64,000 nt of DNA from an uncultured delta proteobacterium (GTDB lineage: Bacteria > Chloroflexota > Dehalococcoidia > Dehalococcoidales > BS750m-G39), in contig CAVTZP010000005.1 in assembly GCA_963739245.1 (NCBI GenBank), positions 153,314 to 217,313 on the forward strand, read 5' to 3'. Within the stretch, counting starts at the first letter, position 1; every line of letters begins with the position of its first letter. This document shows positions 55,207 through 63,917 of this stretch, piece by piece. Under the pieces are notes generated by a model, which was not told where the DNA came from, did not search any database, and was given only the letters and a program-made list of their open reading frames with translations. Made by a program: the position numbers and the translations under genes.

Positions 55207-55977
55207 TTATTTTGCCTTGTAGACCGGTTTTCTCTTTTCGACAAAGGCTGTAGTCCCTTCAGCAAAGTCCTCGGTGCCCATGATATAGGCGACGAGGGAG
55301 TTCTCCAGCCTTAAGCCATCTTCCAGGGTCATGTTATAACCCCTAACCATAGCTTCTTTAGCCGCCCTGACCGCTAGAGGTCCCGCTTGACAGATAACCT
55401 GAGCCCATTCCTTCGCTGTGGTCATAACCTCGGCTTGAGGCACAACCTTGTTTACCAGGCCTATCCGGTATGCCTCCTGGGCGTCTATCGGTCTTCCCAT
55501 AAGCAGTATCTCAGCGGCTTTACACCAGGGGACCATTCGGGGCACTCTCTGTGTCCCTCCCCACCCCGGAATCAGACCTAGATTTACCTCGGGTGTGCCC
55601 AGGCGAGCCGTCTCCGAGGCTATTCTTATATCGCAGGCTAGGGCTATTTCCAGCCCACCGCCCACTGCCAAGCCGTTGATGGCGGCGATGAGCGGCTTCC
55701 ATAGCTCAAGGCCGCGCATTATAGTCGGTGGAAACGCCCACTGGTCCCGGCGATGCTCCTTCATGAAGGATAGGGTATCCTTTATATCGGCGCCACCGCA
55801 GAAAGCCTTATCACCAGCACCGGTGATGATACCAACCCATGCTTCAGGGTCATCCCTGAAGTCCGCTATTGCCTTATTAAGTTCTCGCAACGCCTCCATA
55901 TTCATGGCATTCATTGCCTCGGGGCGATTAATGGTAAAGGTGGCGATTCTACCTTCCTTTTTGTAGTCAATAGCCAT
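55207..55977 (-). CDS. Enoyl-CoA hydratase (crotonase)
   Basis: ITGAGDKAFCGGADI and NGLAVGGGLEIALACD. Confidence 0.85.
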   Translation of the reverse strand: MAIDYKKEGRIATFTINRPEAMNAMNMEALRELNKAIADFRDDPEAWVGIITGAGDKAFCGGADIKDTLSFMKEHRRDQWAFPPTIMRGLELWKPLIAAINGLAVGGGLEIALACDIRIASETARLGTPEVNLGLIPGWGGTQRVPRMVPWCKAAEILLMGRPIDAQEAYRIGLVNKVVPQAEVMTTAKEWAQVICQAGPLAVRAAKEAMVRGYNMTLEDGLRLENSLVAYIMGTEDFAEGTTAFVEKRKPVYKAK

Positions 55978-56083
55978 AATAGACCTCCTAAGTGAATTTT
56001 TAGGGTTAATCGTCGACTAAAAAGGGGGATTAACTATGTGGATTTTAACAGAGGCTTGTATTAGCGTCAAGGCGGGATAGAAA

Positions 56084-56112
56084 TTGACAACATAATTTAA
56101 CCGTGTTATATT
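56084..56112 (+). promoter_or_regulatory. Sigma-70-type promoter of the tRNA gene
   Basis: TTGACA (56084-56089), a 17-nt spacer, then TATATT (56107-56112). The tRNA 5' end is at 56121. Confidence 0.5.
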
Positions 56113-56120
56113 CTGCCTGC

Positions 56121-56192
56121 GGCAGCGTAGCTCAGGGGTAGAGCAGGGGACTCATAAGCCCTTGGTCGGCGGTTCGAATCCACCCGCTGCCA
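56121..56192 (+). tRNA. tRNA with CAU anticodon (Met, or Ile2/lysidine type); no encoded CCA
   Basis: Manual cloverleaf: acceptor GGCAGCG/CGCTGCC, D arm GCTC-AGGGGTA-GAGC, anticodon loop CTCATAA, variable TGGTC, T arm GGCGG-TTCGAAT-CCACC. The GACTCATAA...CTTGGTC context resembles ileX-type tRNAs. There are two stem mismatches (A31-G39, C51-A63). Confidence 0.8.
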
Positions 56193-56545
56193 CTTATTGT
56201 TGAGATGAGACACATAATAAAAAGGTGGGATGCCACTTACCCGATTTTAGTCAGGGCTCCCCTTACGGGAGGGGATGGAGGCAATTTAAGCTGCTAGGCA
56301 GAAAAAAATTAAAACGTCCTGCAGCACCCTGATTTCCCCTGGCAGAGCCCACCCAGTCCGGTGATAGCTCTTTATCCAGAAAGGAACGAACTTCTTGTCG
56401 GAATCCCTCCTTCCCCGCTTTGGCAATCAAAGGTGCAGGCTGTCCAAAAGACCCAAGATACTCCAAGCCATTATCTCCCTAATAAGTAGGTCTTTCTAGA
56501 CAGCCTGCTTACTATTACTGCAAAACTCCTAATCTTAACGTCCTA

Positions 56546-57808
56546 TTATGGTGCTGGCCACGCTGGCTTGGGGTATACAAATGATGCGGTAAGCTTAGTG
56601 GCAGGCCAGTTACCTCCTCCTACAACTTCCATAACCCCACTTTGCCACTGGCCAATCTCTCCGGGATGGCATTCCTTAGCCAGAAGTCCACCGCCATCAC
56701 CGAACATCGTAAACCAAGTCGATCCCAGAACCGTATCAAGCTTCGTGGTAGCAATTATATCTCTTACCTTTTTCTGGTCAATGGCTCCAGCCTTCTCAAC
56801 AGCCGCCTTCCAAATGTCCAGCGACGCCCAGTAGAGACAATGTCCCCACCAATCATTGATTTCTTCAGGCTTGCCATTGTAGAGTTTATCAGCTAATTCA
56901 TTGAGTGCGGGAGAAGTCTTCCGGTTAAAGGTGGCAAAAGCACTTACTCCCTCCACCGCTGGACCAAACGTTGTATGATAGAACCCGAAATTGGCCCCGG
57001 GTCCGCATACCATAGCCTTTGGGTTATAGCCAAGCGCTATTGCCGTCCCAGTAATCGGCATGACCTGGTCGGGATAAGCAAGAACCATAAAGACATCGGC
57101 ACCAGACGCCTTAGCCTCCAGTACTATGGGCGCGAAGTCCTTAAGGGTAGGCGGAATGCTCACATTTGCAATGATTTTAATTCCCACCCTGCCGAATTCA
57201 TTACCAGTCACGCCGGAATACTCTATGCCAAAGACGTCAGCCATGTAGGTTACATATGCCGTCTTCGCGCCGGCTGCGGCAAGCATATCAGCCAGAACCG
57301 GTATCTGGTACCAGTCGGAAAAATTCAAGCTGCAAAACACGTAGGGTAGAGCAGGAAGCATGTCCTTGATAGTCGTGGCACCACCCTCGGCGGTCACTAG
57401 TACATACCCGTACTTATTGGCTATAGGACCTTGAGCAAAGAGAAAAGCGCTGCCACAGGCAGGCCACAGAAAGTCAACCTTGTCCTCTAGAATCAGTTTT
57501 TCCGTCAGTCTCGTCATCGTGCCCACGTCAGATTTATCATCATATATGAGTGTATCTATGGGCAGTTTCTTGCCAAGCTCCGCGATAAATACCCCGCCCG
57601 CGGCATTGACCTCAGGAACCCATGTCTCATAGATTGGCCGGAAAGCCGAGTCGCCAATAATAGTCATTGGGCCGGAGAGAGGTCTTGACATACCAACAAC
57701 GATTTTATCTTTGGCTGGCGGTTTTGGGGTACAGGCAGAGCACAAAGGCAATACTACTAGTACTACTAGTACTAAGGCTATTAAACCAAACAATACCTTT
57801 TTGTTCAC
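56546..57808 (-). CDS. ABC transporter substrate-binding lipoprotein (type 1 PBP, Liv-like); orphan, with no adjacent permease
   Basis: GTG at 57808 after AGGAG. Signal peptide with lipobox LPLCSAC. Leu/Ile/Val-binding-like fold motifs. Confidence 0.8.
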   Translation of the reverse strand: MNKKVLFGLIALVLVVLVVLPLCSACTPKPPAKDKIVVGMSRPLSGPMTIIGDSAFRPIYETWVPEVNAAGGVFIAELGKKLPIDTLIYDDKSDVGTMTRLTEKLILEDKVDFLWPACGSAFLFAQGPIANKYGYVLVTAEGGATTIKDMLPALPYVFCSLNFSDWYQIPVLADMLAAAGAKTAYVTYMADVFGIEYSGVTGNEFGRVGIKIIANVSIPPTLKDFAPIVLEAKASGADVFMVLAYPDQVMPITGTAIALGYNPKAMVCGPGANFGFYHTTFGPAVEGVSAFATFNRKTSPALNELADKLYNGKPEEINDWWGHCLYWASLDIWKAAVEKAGAIDQKKVRDIIATTKLDTVLGSTWFTMFGDGGGLLAKECHPGEIGQWQSGVMEVVGGGNWPATKLTASFVYPKPAWPAP

Positions 57809-58161
57809 TTGTTTCTCCTTTCTAAGACTTCTACAGATTGTCTCGGTCTTATTATCATAGAATCTCACATCACTTCTCACCTCCTCAGATGGCTGTTAGC
57901 TAGCGTCCTTGCTTTAAGCTCCCATTACCATAATTGGGCTGAGTTAACGTACCAACAGTGGCGCCGGGGAAAGAGTTTAGCAAAGATAGTATTTAAACTA
58001 TAGCAGGGCAAGAGTGAAATTGCTAGACAAACTTTTCTATGATATCATAAATAAAAGAATGTATTAACTCAACTCGTTCTGACCTAATTCAGAAATGTGT
58101 AAAGGCACCCTGCTGAGGCAATTACTAAAGTCTGAATCTAGACCTATGTTGGTTAATAGCG

Positions 58162-59067
58162 ATGAAACCGCCAAAGTATAACCTTTATCATCTCATCGTC
58201 TTTTATTTCGTTGCCAGTGAAAAGAGCATAACAGCCGCTGCCGAGAAGTTATGTCTGACTCAACCAGCGGTAACTCACCATATTAAGTGCCTGGAGAAGG
58301 CTGCCTCCGTAAAGTTCCTTGATGTAAAGAGGAAAAAAGTGAGCCTTACTTACGCCGGGGAAGGTCTCTTCCAATACGCGACGGAAGTTTACCAGCAACT
58401 CATTAGCGCAGAAAAGTTTGTGGAGGATATGAAAGAGGCCAGCCTCCATGTTGGTATAGCCATGAGTTTCAGCTCCACCATTGCCTCAGCAGCATCCGCA
58501 TTTGAAGAGCTCTACCCTCATGTGAAGCTGACAGTTAAAAATGCACCCTCCTTTGAGGTTGTTCAAGATGTTCTAAGTTCGCAAGTTGAACTTGGTCTCG
58601 TGGTCAGCATGGACTATGGAATCCCTAAGCTGAGGCCTATAACAATCTCAACGGAGGAAAAACTAGTGTTTGTTGCTTCTCCGTCTAACCCCATTTTTCA
58701 AAAAGAGCATATAGAGTTGAGAGACCTCTGTGATTACCAACTGGTCTTGGGACCTGAGACATCAGCTACACGTAGAGTAGCTTTTAGCAAGTTTGAAGCT
58801 GAGGGACTGAAAGTGAATCCCCTTATAGCCGTGGAGGTAAATAGCGTGGAATGGGGTAGGGGTCTGGTTGAAAATGGAAAGGGCATAGGTTTCTACTACA
58901 TAAAGAACGTAGAAAAGGAAGTCTCTGAAGGACGGCTGAGAGTACTTCCCCTAACCGATGATATACGGGTAGGGGTAGATGCTCTTGTCCGCGTAGATGC
59001 TTTTCTACCTCCAATTGCAGAGAGATTCATTTCCTTGCTTAGAGAAGCATTTCAGAGTCATCGCTAA
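58162..59067 (+). CDS. LysR family transcriptional regulator
   Basis: N-terminal wHTH (SITAAAEKLCLTQPAVTHHIKCLE) plus a LysR substrate-binding domain. Confidence 0.9.
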   Translation: MKPPKYNLYHLIVFYFVASEKSITAAAEKLCLTQPAVTHHIKCLEKAASVKFLDVKRKKVSLTYAGEGLFQYATEVYQQLISAEKFVEDMKEASLHVGIAMSFSSTIASAASAFEELYPHVKLTVKNAPSFEVVQDVLSSQVELGLVVSMDYGIPKLRPITISTEEKLVFVASPSNPIFQKEHIELRDLCDYQLVLGPETSATRRVAFSKFEAEGLKVNPLIAVEVNSVEWGRGLVENGKGIGFYYIKNVEKEVSEGRLRVLPLTDDIRVGVDALVRVDAFLPPIAERFISLLREAFQSHR

Positions 59068-59102
59068 CGAGCTTTCGTTACCGCTATCGTCTACGCAGAA
59101 AT

Positions 59103-59297
59103 CTAGTCTAGCATCTTCCTTAATTTCATGACCACAACAGAGAGCACAAGTGTGCTGACCCACAGTGAGAACCATGCTACACCCGCTAATCCGTGTTGGC
59201 TAAAACCCACGACAAACTCCCATATCAATCCTATTAAAGCCAGTAGGAACAGAACCCAAGCCGCAATCGACGCCAAAACTTTAAATATTTTTTGCAA
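59103..59297 (-). CDS. Small membrane protein (64 aa, 2 TM)
   Basis: Hydrophobic ORF only. Confidence 0.4.
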   Translation of the reverse strand: MQKIFKVLASIAAWVLFLLALIGLIWEFVVGFSQHGLAGVAWFSLWVSTLVLSVVVMKLRKMLD

Positions 59298-59548
59298 GTC
59301 ACTCTCCTTCTTTCCGTTATTATCGAAATGTTAATCCCGCTTCGGACGTTTGTCAAGAGTAGCAGTGCATTGCACTTATTTACCCAAGCCACTCAAAGTA
59401 TGTTTAGAAGCGCTGAAATACGCACAGTTCGCTAAAAAGTGTGATTCAGTGAGACCGGTTGACATTGAAGCTGGGAATAATCTATATTCGTTAGCATAAT
59501 GTTGACAAGAACTTGCTCTAAATCTTTATCTGAGGAGGGTACAATAAG

Positions 59549-59842
59549 ATGAATGTGCCTGCTATGTACTATGTGGGTTGTGGCTTTAACTGGTTTTTTG
59601 TACTACTAACCATAGGTGGATACTTTTACATTCTGAGTAAGACAGGCAAAAAATGGGTATTCATGCTCATATTTGCTGCGGAATGGGTGGTTATGGGGTT
59701 ATCGTATGTGTTTCTAATCAGCGGTGTATCTTCAGACGAATGGTATATAACACTCATCAGGACAATCGGATATGTATTATTCCTAGCAATGATATTGACT
59801 GCAATAGTAGAATTGACGAAGTTTGGGAAACGAGTTGAATAA
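59549..59842 (+). CDS. Small membrane protein (97 aa, 3 TM)
   Basis: Hydrophobic ORF preceded by GAGGAGGG. Candidate promoter TTGACA-18-TATATT about 90 nt upstream. Confidence 0.5.
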   Translation: MNVPAMYYVGCGFNWFFVLLTIGGYFYILSKTGKKWVFMLIFAAEWVVMGLSYVFLISGVSSDEWYITLIRTIGYVLFLAMILTAIVELTKFGKRVE

Positions 59843-60062
59843 TTAGGCGTATGAAGGTCTGTAGACCATCTAAATATGTCAAAAACATAAATGAGTAGAG
59901 CTTAACAATTAGCCATCTTGTGTTCTGACAAAACATCGAAATGTGCAGCTCAAAAACATCTCAAACATGGAGGAGGTTTCTTTCTTCTTTTTTTCTTTAA
60001 AGATTGTTGCATTATTGGCAATTATTTTTCTTCTTCTCTTTGTGATTCAAGCCCCGCAGTTA

Positions 60063-60091
60063 TTGACAGGCAATATCTACATTTGTATACT
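60063..60091 (+). promoter_or_regulatory. Near-consensus sigma-70 promoter of cbiMNQO
   Basis: TTGACA (60063-60068), a 17-nt spacer, then TATACT (60086-60091). Confidence 0.55.
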
Positions 60092-60157
60092 ATCAAGTAA
60101 ACTTGTTTTTAATCACCTCAGGTTGTGCAATATGCCACAATAAGGGGGTATACTGAA

Positions 60158-60952
60158 ATGCTTAAAAAAAGGGGCTATTGGCTTAGGGCCCCTATCGCGT
60201 TAGCGCTGGTACTTGCTCTCGGGCTATTCTTGTGCCCAGCCCCGGCATATGCCATGCACATCGCCGAGGGGATTTTGCCGGCGAGCTGGTGTGCGATATG
60301 GTATGTGATAGCGGCCATATTTGTGGTCTTCGGCATTATCATCATCAGAAAGAAGACCAGAGAGATAAGAGGGCTTATGCCTCTGCTCGGTATATCAGGG
60401 GCACTGATATTCCTGATTTCCGTTTTCCCCATCCCGGTACCCGTTTCGGGAAGTTGTTCTCACCCCTGCGGCACTCCTTTGGGAGCAATTCTGGTGGGGC
60501 CGTTTATTAGCACTGTTCTCGGAGCGCTGGCTCTTCTTATCCAGGCCCTGTTCCTGGCACACGGGGGCATAAGCACCTGGGGAGCTAATATCGTTTCCAT
60601 GGCTGTTGTCGGCTCTTTCGCTGGCTTTGGCGCCTTTATTTTGTTCCGGAGGTTCAACGCCCCAATATTTGTCGCGGCTTTCGCCGCCGGACTATTTGGT
60701 GATTGGGCGACCTATGCCACCACCTCTTTTGAGCTTGCCTCGGCTTTGCACGGTACCGGCTCGCTGTGGGGCATGTTTGGCGCCATTGCCCTAGCTTTTG
60801 CTCCCACTCAGTTGCCCCTGGGGATTTTGGAAGGACTGTTCACCGGGGGAGTGGTAACATTTGTCTATCAGCGTCGACCCGAGCTTTTGTCCCAGATAAT
60901 CCCAAAAGCTTTCAAGCCGGTGCCCACCCCGGTAAAAGGGGGTAGCCAGTGA
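60158..60952 (+). CDS. cbiM: ECF transporter substrate-specific component CbiM (cobalt/nickel)
   Basis: A signal peptide ending AYA is followed by MHIAEGILP, the metal-binding N-terminus of mature CbiM/NikM. The ATG at 60158 follows AAGGGGG. Confidence 0.9.
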   Translation: MLKKRGYWLRAPIALALVLALGLFLCPAPAYAMHIAEGILPASWCAIWYVIAAIFVVFGIIIIRKKTREIRGLMPLLGISGALIFLISVFPIPVPVSGSCSHPCGTPLGAILVGPFISTVLGALALLIQALFLAHGGISTWGANIVSMAVVGSFAGFGAFILFRRFNAPIFVAAFAAGLFGDWATYATTSFELASALHGTGSLWGMFGAIALAFAPTQLPLGILEGLFTGGVVTFVYQRRPELLSQIIPKAFKPVPTPVKGGSQ

Positions 60953-61251
60953 AAAGTATGTCCCGGATAATCGCAACCAGTATCGTGGTCGTTTTTGTGA
61001 TTCTGGCGGTCTGGGGATGGCTTGCCCTGTCCCGGCAGGCACCTGAGGGAGCCGAGGGTCCGTGGGGAGGGGTGGACGTTAATGTCATTGAAAAATATGC
61101 CACCGATGCCGGCAGGGAGCCAAAGGAGCCTTTGATTAACACTGACCAGGGTGACCTGTTGCTCTTTGTTTTTGCTCTGGGTGGGGCGGTGGGTGGATTT
61201 GTTGCCGGCTACTACTGGAGAAGGCTTATCTCCGAAAAAGCGGGGAGGTGA
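60949..61251 (+). CDS. cbiN: CbiN/NikN-like small component of the ECF Co/Ni transporter
   Basis: 100 aa with two TM segments. GDLLLFVFALGGAVGGFVAGYYW is analogous to the CbiN EIESLLF...G motif. Its start overlaps the cbiM stop. Confidence 0.6.
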   Translation: MKSMSRIIATSIVVVFVILAVWGWLALSRQAPEGAEGPWGGVDVNVIEKYATDAGREPKEPLINTDQGDLLLFVFALGGAVGGFVAGYYWRRLISEKAGR

Positions 61252-61271
61252 AGCGCCCCTGGCTGATATAG

Positions 61272-62054
61272 ATGTTTGATAAAAGCAGTATTTTTTCTGA
61301 CGTCTTTGCCCACAAAGAGAATCTGGTAACCGGGATAGAGGCGCGGACTAAAATAGTTTTTACTATTCTTGCCCTGGTGATTAATCTTTTGTCGCCGAGT
61401 GTCTATACGCCAATAGCCATCGCCTTTTTTTGTTTAATTACCCTAATGGCTATCAGGGTTCCGCCAAAGCTACTCGGGTTAAGGCTAATTATGCCTCTGG
61501 CCATGGCGGCGGTGGTGCTGGTTACGCAGATATTCTTCTACGGCACCACCCCTTTGTTTACTATCCCCTTTTGGGGCTTCAACCTGGTGGGTTATGAAGA
61601 GGGTTTGGCTCGTGGCCTTTTAATCATGTGCCGGGTAATCGGTGGCGTATCGCTAATATTATTTCTGAGTATGTCCACACCAGCGAATAAGTTGCTTCTT
61701 GCCGCTCGCTGGTTTAGGCTGCCTAAAGTCGTTATTGAGCTGGCACTGCTTATTTATCGCTACATCTTTGTCCTTATTGAAGAAGCGATAACTATAAAAG
61801 ATGCCCAGAGGGTGCGCCTGGGCTACGGCAACTGGCAGCAGAGCATGAGGTCGGTGGGCACGCTGGGCGGTATCCTCGTCTTACGAGCCTATGACCGGGC
61901 AGAGAGGGTCTTTGAGGCGATGATAGCGCGGGGTTACACCGGCGCTATGGCCATTAATTATACCGAACATTTTGGCAGGAAGGATTTTATCGCTGCCATT
62001 GGTTTAACCACTGTTCTGGCGATTCTCTATCTTTTAGGACGGTTGAGAGTATGA
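61272..62054 (+). CDS. cbiQ: ECF transporter transmembrane (T) component CbiQ
   Basis: Multi-span protein with the ARG signature region (AMIARGY). Confidence 0.85.
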   Translation: MFDKSSIFSDVFAHKENLVTGIEARTKIVFTILALVINLLSPSVYTPIAIAFFCLITLMAIRVPPKLLGLRLIMPLAMAAVVLVTQIFFYGTTPLFTIPFWGFNLVGYEEGLARGLLIMCRVIGGVSLILFLSMSTPANKLLLAARWFRLPKVVIELALLIYRYIFVLIEEAITIKDAQRVRLGYGNWQQSMRSVGTLGGILVLRAYDRAERVFEAMIARGYTGAMAINYTEHFGRKDFIAAIGLTTVLAILYLLGRLRV

Positions 62055-62890
62055 TAAAAACTGAAGCCTTGTCCTTTAGCTATGACGGTTTTAGTCAGGC
62101 ACTGGGTGAAATCAGCCTGGAGGTTAAGGACGGCGATTTTTTGGCCCTTCTGGGGGCTAACGGCTGCGGCAAGACGACGCTACTAAAAAACCTCAACGGT
62201 CTTTTGAGACCATCATCAGGTAAAGTCTTCTTGGATAATACGGAGCTTCGTTTTTTCAAAGATGAGGAGATTTTCCGGCGGGTGGGAATGGTCTTTCAAG
62301 ACCCTAATGACCAGCTTTTTGCGGCTACCGTGGAGCAGGATGTCGCCTTTGGTGCTGTGAACCTGGGACTAAAGCCGGATGAGGCTAACCATAGGGTTAA
62401 CAATGCCTTGAAGATGGTAGGAGCATCGGAGCTTGCTGGTAAGGCTATTCATACCTTAAGCTTTGGACAGAAAAGACGGGTGGCTATTGCTGGTGTTCTG
62501 GCTATGGAGCCAGAACTAATCCTGTTAGATGAACCGACAAGTGGCTTGGACCCCCGGGGTGTCAGTTCAATTATGCGTTTACTCAGGAAACTGAACAAAG
62601 AGAGGGGGACTACCATGATAATGGCTACCCATGATGTCGAGCTGGTGCCTCTATTCTCCGACCGGGTAGCTATTATGAGTAAAGGTAAGATAATCACCGA
62701 AGGACCACCAGGGAAGGTGTTTGCCGATACCGATATGATTAGGGAAGTAGAGTTAAGGCTACCACGGGTAGGTCATCTTATTGAGATTCTCCAAAAGAAG
62801 GAAGGGATAGATTTTCAGGAGATACCGCTGACTATTGGCGGGGCAAGGCGGGCGCTATTGAGATTGGCGGGGATACATCGCAGAAGTTAA
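62051..62890 (+). CDS. cbiO: ECF transporter ATPase CbiO
   Basis: GANGCGKTT, LSFGQKRRVAIAG, LILLDEPTSGLD and ATHD. Confidence 0.9.
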   Translation: MIKTEALSFSYDGFSQALGEISLEVKDGDFLALLGANGCGKTTLLKNLNGLLRPSSGKVFLDNTELRFFKDEEIFRRVGMVFQDPNDQLFAATVEQDVAFGAVNLGLKPDEANHRVNNALKMVGASELAGKAIHTLSFGQKRRVAIAGVLAMEPELILLDEPTSGLDPRGVSSIMRLLRKLNKERGTTMIMATHDVELVPLFSDRVAIMSKGKIITEGPPGKVFADTDMIREVELRLPRVGHLIEILQKKEGIDFQEIPLTIGGARRALLRLAGIHRRS

Positions 62891-62919
62891 GATGTGACTT
62901 TACAAATCGAGTTACTTTA

Positions 62920-62944
62920 GGCGGTTAAAATCCACCCGCCGCCA
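62920..62944 (+). other. Orphan tRNA 3'-end fragment (att-like direct repeat of 56168-56192)
   Basis: GGCGGTTAAAATCCACCCGCCGCCA against the tRNA GGCGGTTCGAATCCACCCGCTGCCA is 22/25 identical. Both carry the unusual CCACC T-stem strand. Confidence 0.65.
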
Positions 62945-62950
62945 GTTTTA

Positions 62951-63787
62951 TTATCCTTCTCTAACGGCTGCAAGCAGTGTCCCTGGACCACCGTGCACCC
63001 CAAGTCCTGGTCCTAGCCTGGCTAACCTAATCCGCTCTTGAGGGAATATAGAACCCATGCGCCCAGATAAAGCTAGTGCTTCATCAGGTGTAGTGTTATA
63101 CACAATAGCCAAATCTTGAATATTAGTGGTCTTTTTCACAAAGTCAAATAACTTGTCTATGCCTTTAGCCCGGGTGCGGACTTGACCAGCGGGCACCAGT
63201 TCTCCATCTTTTACAGTCAGTATCGGCTTTACACTCAATACTGAGCCTAGTAGTGCCTTCACCTTGCCAATACGCCCGCCTTTGGCCAGGTATTTAAGGG
63301 TATCAAGAAGGGCAAACAAATGTATCTTAGGAATGGTCTGTTTTGCCTCTTCCACCACCTTGTCCAGACTTCTCCCTGCCTTAGCCGCAGTGGCAGCAAC
63401 TATAACTATCAAGCCTAGACACATGCTCAGTGTCTCTGAATCAACCACTTCAATAGGGCATTTCGTCTTCAGCATATCCTTAGCCATCAGCGCTGAATTG
63501 CAGGTACCACTCAATTTACTGGAGACATGAATAGAAATAATCCCCTCAGCCTTCTGGGACAGCTTCTGGTACACATCGGCAAAATCCTGCGGAGTCGGCT
63601 GAGTAGTGTTGGGATGGATAGGGTCATGTGTCAACCTCTCATAAAACTCGTCCTCGCTGATGTCCACCCGGTCACGGTAGACCTTATCGCCAAAGCGCAC
63701 ATAGACCGGCACCACGGTAATCCCCAGCTCCTGAAGTAGCTGGTCAGGCAGGTCGGCAGTGCTATCGGTAACTATTCTTACCGCCAT
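62951..63787 (-). CDS. DegV family fatty-acid-binding protein
   Basis: MAVRIVTDSTADLP start and a length of about 280 aa. Confidence 0.9.
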   Translation of the reverse strand: MAVRIVTDSTADLPDQLLQELGITVVPVYVRFGDKVYRDRVDISEDEFYERLTHDPIHPNTTQPTPQDFADVYQKLSQKAEGIISIHVSSKLSGTCNSALMAKDMLKTKCPIEVVDSETLSMCLGLIVIVAATAAKAGRSLDKVVEEAKQTIPKIHLFALLDTLKYLAKGGRIGKVKALLGSVLSVKPILTVKDGELVPAGQVRTRAKGIDKLFDFVKKTTNIQDLAIVYNTTPDEALALSGRMGSIFPQERIRLARLGPGLGVHGGPGTLLAAVREG

Positions 63788-63917
63788 AATTCTCCCTTCA
63801 CTAAGGTTTGCTGAATTATAGGGCTTTTATCTGTTTTGTCAATTCCTATTTAGTCTAGGTATATGGTAAGATGAGGTTACTAAACAATCTATAAATGTGT
63901 GCTGGTAAGTAGTAGAA

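Noticed and set aside
59843-60157. A cobalamin or NiCo riboswitch upstream of cbiM.
   Set aside because: No B12-box-like or conserved riboswitch core could be recognised. The strong promoter leaves only about 60 nt of leader, which is too short for these riboswitches. An Rfam scan is still advisable.
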